Source of the DNA: Oopsacas minuta
Lineage: Eukaryota; Animalia; Porifera
Length of the DNA stretch: 64,000 bases
Direction: 5' to 3'
NCBI GenBank assembly: GCA_024704765.1
Contig: JAKMXF010000299.1
Location: 816,556-880,555 of the forward strand
In this document: one piece after another, positions 56,457-64,000 of the stretch
Layout of the letters: each line of letters starts with the position of its first letter
Numbering within the stretch: the first letter of the stretch is position 1
Program-made: the position numbers and the translations under genes
Notes under the pieces: generated by a model
Told to the model about the DNA's origin: nothing
Database searches by the model: none
The model's input: only the letters and a program-made list of their open reading frames with translations

Positions 56457-56520
56457 GCAAGTAATCTAGTACTCCATTAACCATTCAGAATTTGTCTTCA
56501 CATAATTAAACCAATTTTAG
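56457..56520 (+). other. 64-nt GC-AG spliceosomal intron (predicted)
   Basis: AG|GCAAGT donor and TTTTAG|G acceptor. Splicing gives GVFRWFNLL, matching the uninterrupted CVFRWFLLL of copy 1, and joins both ORFs in frame (726 aa). Confidence 0.85.
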
Positions 56521-57271
56521 GTGGTTCAATTTGCTGGTATATCATCTTCGCCTCGAAAAGTTTACCTGGTCCCCAACTTCACCAGTCATCAAGGAGTCAA
56601 TGAAATTCCTTCAAACATTTATTCAGGAGAAGACAGGATTAAAGGTTGACCAGCCTAATTCTAGCGGTGGAACCACCTCAACAGGGAATGTTGCTAGAAG
56701 AGCCTTTTCTGATGAAACTGAATACCTTGAATGCATTCTATCAACTGTAGCAATACAATATCGCCCAATCTTATCAAAGATACATACTCAGCTTTCAGCC
56801 ATTCTTCGGGTTTTCAATTCAAGTCACAAGGTTAACACTTTGGAATTGGGGAAGTGGTGCAAGGATACCTACCTTGTCATCTTAGATTCTTTCCCCTGGG
56901 CTAGCATGACTCCAACCCTGCACAAGCTCTTGGCCCATTCCGAGGAGTTAATACATGAGTCGAATTCTAGCTATGGCTTAAAGGCATTTTCAGAAGAAGG
57001 CACAGAATCATGCAACAGATTAGTTAGAAAATATCGGGAGAATTTAGCTCGTAAAGTTAGTTTTGAGACCAATATTATGGATATCTTCATCAGATTAACT
57101 TCTCAAAGTGATCCAACCTTAGTAAACTATCGAAGAATTTTGACTTGTGAACGATGTGGTCAATCTGGACACACAACGAGATCTAAATGCTGCAATGCTA
57201 TGAACAGTCAGAAAACTAGTGTACAGACTTTATTCACGACTTTAACCTCCAATACAGATTACCTATCATGA
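56521..57271 (+). CDS. RAG1-like transposase, exon 2 (HxxxxH zinc ligands, catalytic Glu, C-terminal Cys/His motif)
   Basis: Motifs: GLKVDQP..GGTTSTGNVARRAF, TPTLHKLLAH, FSEEGTESCNR (E at 57005, E962-like), SDP and CERCGQSGHTTRSKCC. Confidence 0.92.
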
Positions 57272-57610
57272 ACTTAAGAATGAATATAATGTATATTTTG
57301 TAAATCAATAAGATAAATTCCATCATAAGTGTGACGTCATAACTCTATAAATACAAGCGCTACAACAAAATTTTAAGTTCAAGGTGATTGCCAAATACGG
57401 ATAACCCATATGTAATCAATAGATTTCATGGCGATAAAGTCGAGTAAAATGTATTTATTGAAGAAAATTTAAAATTTCACATATATCAATGACGTCATAA
57501 CTTGGAAATTTTAGGCCATATACTTGTTATGACAAGCTGTATTGGTTCCTTATATATAATAATCTATATGTAAATAATACATTTCATATGGCTATCTCAC
57601 ACCAAAATAG

Positions 57611-57645
57611 CTATTCTTTACTAACTGCCCTATTAAATCACTGTG
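57611..57645 (-). promoter_or_regulatory. Right RSS-like end: heptamer CACAGTG, 19-nt spacer, AAAGAATAG
   Basis: The reverse complement reads CACAGTG ATTTAATAGGGCAGTTAGT AAAGAATAG. Confidence 0.85.
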
Positions 57646-58325
57646 CTCTTCTCCAAGCCACTAGAAACAGATACTAAAGCTGAGACAATTTTATGGTGGT
57701 AAAGCAATTTTGTGAAGAGAAGAACATACCAATGGGAAATATTATTGCGTGTGCTACTGATGGAGCACCTTCAATGATTGGACGTCATCGTGGTTCATAG
57801 CTCATCTGGAACGAGCTGTGCCGAAGTTTTCCTATTCATTGTGTCATACATCGTCAAGATTTGATCGCCAAGCACCTAACACCTAATCTTCACCAGTCTT
57901 TGCAAATCATGATTACTGCTACTAACAAAATCAAAATAACTCACTGAATGATCGCATCTTTCAGCAACTTTATGAAAACAATGATGAAGATTACAAACGC
58001 CTCCTTCTCCATACTGAAGTTAGGTGGCTTTCTAAAGGTAATTATTTGAAACGATTCCATCAACTGTTTGATTCTATAGTCGAGTTCCTAGAAGAATACG
58101 ATTCAACTCTTGGCAGAAAAGATTAAAATGATAAGGACTGATGTGGCTTACTTAGCTGACATATTCGAGAAACTGAATATAGTGAATAAGCAGCTACAAG
58201 GGAATAATACTACTCTTATTCAAGCGAAGGGCGTTGTTCTATCATTCTTAAGTAAACTAACCTTGTTCCGACAGAATATTGCGCGTCGTGAATTTGGGCA
58301 GTTACCTTGTTTAAGTGAACACACA
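57646..58325 (+). pseudogene. Continuation of the interrupted Buster-type hAT transposase (frameshifted, 3'-truncated)
   Basis: Reads SKPLETDTK, ACATDGAPSMIGRH, IHCVIHRQ, LLHTEVRWLSKG and LFRQNIARREF. No right TIR or second GTTTAAAC was found. Confidence 0.88.
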
Positions 58326-58576
58326 TAGGAAGTTGACAATTAGTGGTGAAAGGGCAAAGCCATAGCGCAAATAATCGACGGAATATTGTCGACATTCTTT
58401 TTGTCAGAAGTAGCCATTTAGTTATTTTGCAATATGATATAGTTGGTGATTTATTAAATTTGAGATATACAGAAATTTCTAATATTCCTCCAATCCTATA
58501 TATACTAATTCGAATAGTATCAACATCGTGTGGAGTTTTATTTGATTTTTATGACACTAATGATGCATTTATCATA

Positions 58577-59475
58577 CAGTTAAGGGACAAAAGTATTCGA
58601 CCACACAAATATATTGTCATAAATTGTATACTCTTTCCCGCTCCTATACACTGTATAGTCTATATTCGTAGCTGCAATCTAGTAATTTGCATAGAATAAC
58701 ATGTCTTCAAGAATTTCAAAAAAATATTTTCGATTTACACTTTTTGAAGGTGTTAATTATTAATAATTATTAGATAATTATTGATAATCAAAATATGTGG
58801 TAATTCAAAGCCTATTAAGAATCTATAATTTCTGACTTGATATTTGAATTCTACTTAGGCGATTTACCCCAGATTAAAATTTCCAATGGGATTGAACAAT
58901 TTTTACCAAAGTTATAGAAGAATTTCAATTTGTGCCACTTGTTGCAAAAAGTGACACTGGTGGCTGGAAAAAGCGCCACTACAGGAAATCAACTAGGGTT
59001 AGGAGGAATAAGTCATAGTAATATTTTCGGATTATATGACTATGCTAACCCTTCAATTACAAAATAACCTCTCGCTAACGGCCACTTGTGCCCCTTGGGC
59101 AAAAGGTGGCACAAATGACACAAATTGAAATTCATCTATAACTCTGGCAAAAATTGTTCAATCCCATTGAAAATTAATCTGGGGTAACTCGCCTAAGTAG
59201 AATTCAAATATCAAGTCAGAAATTATAGATTCTTAATAGGCTTTGAATTACCACATATTTTGATTGTCAATAATTATCTAATAATTATTAATAATTAACA
59301 CCTTCAAAAAGTGTAAATCGAAAATATTTTTTTGAAATTCTTGAAAAACATGTTATTCTATGCAAATTACTAGATTGCAGCTACGAATATAGACTATACA
59401 GTGTATAGGAGCGGGAAAGAGTATACAATTTATGGCAATATATTTGTGTGGTCGAATACTTTTGTCCCTTAACTG
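58577..59475. mobile_element. 899-bp Tc1-type MITE with about 360-bp near-perfect TIRs
   Basis: CAGTTAAGGGACAAAAGTATTCGACCAC... at 58577 is mirrored at 59475, with TA flanks. The arms match with few differences to about 58935/59117 around a spacer of about 180 bp. Confidence 0.93.
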
Positions 59476-59749
59476 TATGAATCCTGTTGAATTTCATCGT
59501 GCTAGGTACTTATTATTGTTATTTATTTATAAGAGATCACGGAATTTTGAATTCAAACAAGTGCCTTAGTAATTGACTGATTAGACTATCGAAAAACTGG
59601 ATAGTTGATTCATGATACTACTATAATATGTAACCCTTTCTTGATCAAATTAATTTTTCGTCCAAAATTATACAATATTTATGATTTCAAATACTCTCGT
59701 TTCGCCCCTGTGTGAGAACCCCTGATCTATACTATTAAAACGAAAATAA

Positions 59750-59805
59750 TCTCTTTCTCTCTCTCTCTCTATATATATACATATGTGTATGTGTGCATAT
59801 ATATG
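59750..59805. repeat. Compound (CT)n/(AT)n/(GT)n microsatellite
   Basis: CTCTTTCTCTCTCTCTCTCTATATATATACATATGTGTATGTGTG. Confidence 0.8.
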
Positions 59806-60742
59806 TTTGTATATCTGGAATTGATTGAAGAAACTGGAATACCCACCACAGCTGATTTTGGCAAACAGGGGTTTTTGGGCCAGACTCGGGCAATTATGAG
59901 TCTTGGACGAATATCCACAGCTATGACCAAATTATGACACCATTGTCACCTTATAGATTTTCGAAAATTCACATTATTTATAACTGCTCACCCAATATAC
60001 TTAATAGTAGTTTGAAATTTGAATCACGGATGCCCCTCAAATACGCCACACCTATTGATCTCATCAGGATAAATTTGGGAGCGGCGAAACAAGTACAAAC
60101 GTCTGTTATTTGTCGTGGTGTGATCCTATCTACAAACATAAATGACCAGATTTAGTACGAATAGCGATCATCTCAGTCTCTATCCTAATGTCGCCTGCCT
60201 GGCAGGAACGTGAAATGCCAGCACTATTGAGTATAAATAACAAGTTGCGGAACAGACAGAAATAACAACAATTAACGTTCTTCTAACCGTTTCGCTTAAT
60301 GGTCCTTCAGTATTGACTAACCAACATGCAATTTGTATTGCTGACAAAAGGTTGGTTGGAAGAGATAACGGGATTTGACCAATTTACATTTGATGTAGTC
60401 TGCAATCAAGAAACCCCTATATTTAAACGACGAAGAAGAAAATGAGGATATTTCTTTAAAGAATTTAATATTAAAGTCTTAGAAATTGACCGAATTAGGT
60501 TATATTTTCCTCTAATTCTAATTTTGATGTATTCTGTAAGGCGAATATTTGATTATGCATACGATCATATACATGACAGAATTTGATAATGTTATCCTAC
60601 ATTGTCCTGACTAAATCTTTTAAAATATTTCCAATTAGATAATTAGCTAATTTAATACTCAAATGCTAATTGCACAAATTCATTCAGAGGGAATCATTCT
60701 TATGATATATCTGAAATCCACAGGTCTGTATTTACCAAGCTA

Positions 60743-62087
60743 CAGTATGTCCATTAATTATTAGAACACATCATTATTTCTATTTAAACCACTGCTATAG
60801 TTCTATTTGATAAGTAGCAGTGACTGTAATAATTATAGAAAGTTAATTAGTATCTATTTGAAGATAAATCTGAGTAAACACAATGGGAATATATTTTTTG
60901 CTAATGAGAATGACGTCACAATTTAGTACCTCTCATCATAAATTAGAAAATTCTCTTACCTTTTAGCTGAATAATTTAGCATTTAGCGTTGATATGGCTC
61001 AAGAGGTGATGAGAGAAAGATCAAAACTCTATTGATTGGTGATAAACATACACCTACTGAAATCTCACGCATTTTCGATGTTGATCGAGGGACATTTTTA
61101 CAGGGTAAAAAAGGGCTCCAAACAATAATGACCCTTAAACACAAAAGAGGCGGTGGTAGACCAAATTTATTCGGCAATTCAATAAAATATACAGCTACTC
61201 AGTTCGTCAAATCGGATCCAGAGACTAGTGTACGTGAACTTACAACTAGGATAGCTAAAACAAAGAAACAGACTGTCAGTAAAAGTACAGTCCATCTTAC
61301 TCTTCAGAAACTGAAATACTCTAAGCCATTTCCTGTCCAGATTCCATTGCTATCTGAAAAAGATCGTCTCTTCAGAATTGAATGGGCACCGAAAAACTAA
61401 TTTAAATTGTGGTGCAGAGGTGTGTTTGCAGATGAAGCCTTTTTCTAGCTTAATCGTGGGAAGGTTCGAATGTGGACAAAATCTGGAAAAAACGATCACA
61501 AAAAATTACCAAACACTCACCGAAATTACACATATCGGCTGCATTTTCGTCTTTCGGTACCTACCCATTGTACATATTTCGTCAGAATTTGGATGCACAA
61601 TTATTTGTAAGATCCTTGAATGGCATCTTCTTTCACAGGCTGAGGCTTTACATGGAAATAGATGGTTTCTCGTCCAGGATAATGATCCAAAGCATCGTTC
61701 AAAATTAGCACAACAATGGATCTCAGAAAAAATGCTAAATAATGGCTTTCAATGCCCCAGTCAATCACCAGACCCTAATCCGATAGAAAATCTATTCGGC
61801 TAGTTGAAAAATCAAGTTGCAAATAACATGCCAAATCACTAGCTGAGCTTGAAAAGTGTATCCAAGCAATTTGGGATTCTCTCACACCGGATTTTTTGGA
61901 ACCCTATTGGAAGTCTATGACGCGTAGATGTCAGATGGTCGTAGAAAACAATGGAAATAAGATCAAATATTAATCTTTAGCGTATTCTCAACAAGTAGAC
62001 AAAAAACTAGATCATATACTTTCATATTTATTGTTTCTGGGTTACACTAAGAATTCCCTAGTGTTGCAATAATTATTCGACATACTG
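60743..62087 (+). mobile_element. Tc1-like transposon, frameshifted
   Basis: Imperfect TIRs CAGTATGTC.A.TAATTATT..AACAC with TA flanks. Remnants include GGGRP, VFADEAFF, QDNDPKH and SPDPNPIENL. Confidence 0.88.
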
Positions 62088-62406
62088 TATGTATATTTAG
62101 TATTGTTTAAAGCAAATCTTATTGATTTACATTTTAATAGTTGTACCACAAGTGTCAGATGCGGCACATCTCTGGATAATTGGCACCAGAATAAGAAAGA
62201 GTATGAAAATCCATTGAAATTATCTAAACTGACTTAAAAATATTTGCATAGTTGGAAGTACAGTCCATTTTTGGATCATTCATCACATGCGAAGTGGAGC
62301 AGACAATATATAGGTTCCACTACTGCCACTTGTGGCACAAATAGTAAAGTGATAGTTAGCAAAATTAGTTGCTTATCACTATATTAAATATTCATACAGG
62401 GTAATA

Positions 62407-63717
62407 CAGGGTGTCTAATAAGTTCTGTTATACATTTTCGCGCCTTAGACAGTAGCTATTAATATACTTATGAAGTAATCTTCTAGAATTTCTTGTAGCA
62501 TTTTTGGCGCTCTTTCAAATTATACCAGTATATATCATTCAAGTTGATGATTTCCCAGAAAATCATGTTAGAAGAAATTCGTTCAAAAATTGTCACTTTT
62601 CACGAATCTGGATTTAGCAATAGTGAAATTCTAAAAAGGCTAAAAAATGATAAAGTGAATCCCATGTTGATCTATCGCACAATAAAACGATATATAGAGA
62701 CTGGGAGCGTGTCTAACAGGAAACGAATTGGTCGTCCAAGATCCGCCCGCACACCAGCCCTGAAGAATAGTGTTAGATGTCGAATCCTGAGAAATCCCCG
62801 GCGTTCAATGCGAAAAATGTCTCGTGAATTCTGTGTCAATCACGAAACGATGCGGAAATTGGTTGTAGAGGACCTGGGAATGAAGTCCTATAAGCGGAAA
62901 AACGTACACCATCTTAACGACTCCATACGTCGTAAGCGACTCGAAAGATGCATACAACTAAAAGCCTGATTCGCTCCTGGGACTGAAGATCAGATTTTCT
63001 TCTCAGATGAGAAGCTGTTCACGGTTGAGGAGGCAAGCAATCGTCAAAACGACCGTATACTTGCTTCTCGAAGTCAGGATATCCCAGATAGCATCAAGTA
63101 CATTGATAGAGTCTAGAAGCCTCTTTCTCTGATGGTATGGGCGGGTGTGTCGGCAGACTCACGGACAAACCTGATTTTTGTCCCCCAAGGAGTGAAAATA
63201 AACTCCCAGACGTACAGAGAGCTGGTCTTGGAGCCTGATATTGCGTCTGCTGGTGAGAAGCTCTTCCAAAACCATCCTTAGACTTACCAACAAGACTCTG
63301 CGCCTGCACATGCTTCAAAAGTATCCCAGAGTTGGTTCCGAGAGCAAAATATCGATTTCATAAGTAAGGATGAATGGCCACCATCAAGCCCAGATTTAAA
63401 CCTACTCGACTATTCTGTTTGAGCAAACTTGGAGAGCAGGGCCTGTGCGAAATCTCACAAGAGTTTGGAGTCCCTCAAAGTTAGTTTGTTGAGTGAATGG
63501 CAGAAAATCCCACAGGAGGAGCTGCGAAAAGCTGTCCATCAGTTTTGGGGCAGACTAACTTCCGTAATTCATAAAAAGAGAGGCTATATTGAATGATATT
63601 TGTAATTTGTAATTAGGAACATAAGTCCTAAGAAAATAGAAAGTTTCATGGCTTTACAATGGATAAATTTGAAATTATTGGGGAATTGATATATAACAGA
63701 ACTTATTAGACACCCTG
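62407..63717 (+). mobile_element. maT/DD37D transposon copy B (1311 bp; three nonsense codons)
   Basis: TIRs CAGGGTGTCTAATAAGTTCTGTTATA with TA flanks. FSDEK, QQDSAPAH and SPDLNLLD give 37 residues between the 2nd and 3rd Asp. Confidence 0.93.
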
Positions 63718-64000
63718 TACAGACCCTTAGAATTCATATATGCTATCAGAATGGTTCGTTCTTATTGAATTTATGCAATTAGCACTTGAATAATTAATTA
63801 GTTCATTATCTAATTAAGGAGCAAAGTGTGTCAAGAAATATGTAAGGCAAAGATTTCCAGGATATTGTCAGTGAATGTTTAATATCACAACCAAATAACT
63901 CTTTCACCTATATGATCATCTGCATATTCAAATATCAGCAGTAGAGCCAGGATACACAATTATGTAAACAATGGTGTTCCAGTACTTTTGTTCGGTTAGT

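Larger units (their letters stand above)
54356..57645 (+). mobile_element. Apparently intact RAG1-like (Transib/RAG1L superfamily) transposon, 3290 bp, no RAG2-like gene
   Basis: CACAGTG at 54356-54362 and CACTGTG at 57639-57645, with 5-bp TSD CTCTT (54351-54355, 57646-57650). Removing the element and one TSD restores the host hAT frame EEMLFSKPLETDTK. Confidence 0.95.

Noticed and set aside
55018-57271. Two separate genes, or splicing from the GT at 56461
   Set aside because: The catalytic residues are split between the two ORFs. The GT donor puts exon 2 out of frame and reaches a stop, whereas the GC donor restores FRWF as in copy 1.
54356-57645. A RAG2-like partner gene, as in ProtoRAG
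   Set aside because: Only 671 bp and 374 bp of non-coding AT-rich sequence flank the transposase inside the ends. No kelch-like or PHD-like ORF was seen there or elsewhere in the window.
16588-63115. Alternative genetic code (TAG/TAA = Gln), suggested by TAG at Gln-like positions
   Set aside because: Long transposase ORFs (483, 404 and 246 aa) contain no internal TAA/TAG and use CAA/CAG. C-to-T decay of CAG explains the cases.

Overview
AT-rich eukaryotic DNA (spliceosomal-type intron; no operons, rRNA, tRNA or CRISPR seen) made up almost entirely of cut-and-paste DNA transposons and their decayed or non-autonomous derivatives: hAT (Buster-like, ZMYM-like, ZBED-like), Tc1, mariner, maT/DD37D and foldback/MITE families. 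The highlight is a family of RAG1-like (Transib/RAG1L superfamily) transposons. One copy (54356-57645, +) looks intact. It has perfect RSS heptamers (CACAGTG) at both ends and a 5-bp TSD (CTCTT) confirmed by restoring the reading frame of the hAT gene it interrupts. Its 726-aa two-exon transposase (64-nt GC-AG intron) keeps the RAG1 D/D/E triad and C2H2 zinc ligands, and has a segment resembling the RAG1 nonamer-binding domain and a C-terminal Cx2Cx3GH motif. There is no room for a RAG2-like gene. Its ends are bipartite and asymmetric (heptamer-10-AAAGAATAG versus heptamer-19-AAAGAATAG). A heptamer-N13/14-AATAG left end recurs in three other family members here: a pseudogene at 56-2838, a decayed copy ending at 30171, and a 933-bp non-autonomous element with a TATAA TSD at 48610-49542. 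Only one plausible host exon (about 17.6-18.2 kb) was seen. All protein comparisons were made by eye against remembered family motifs; no database search was run.
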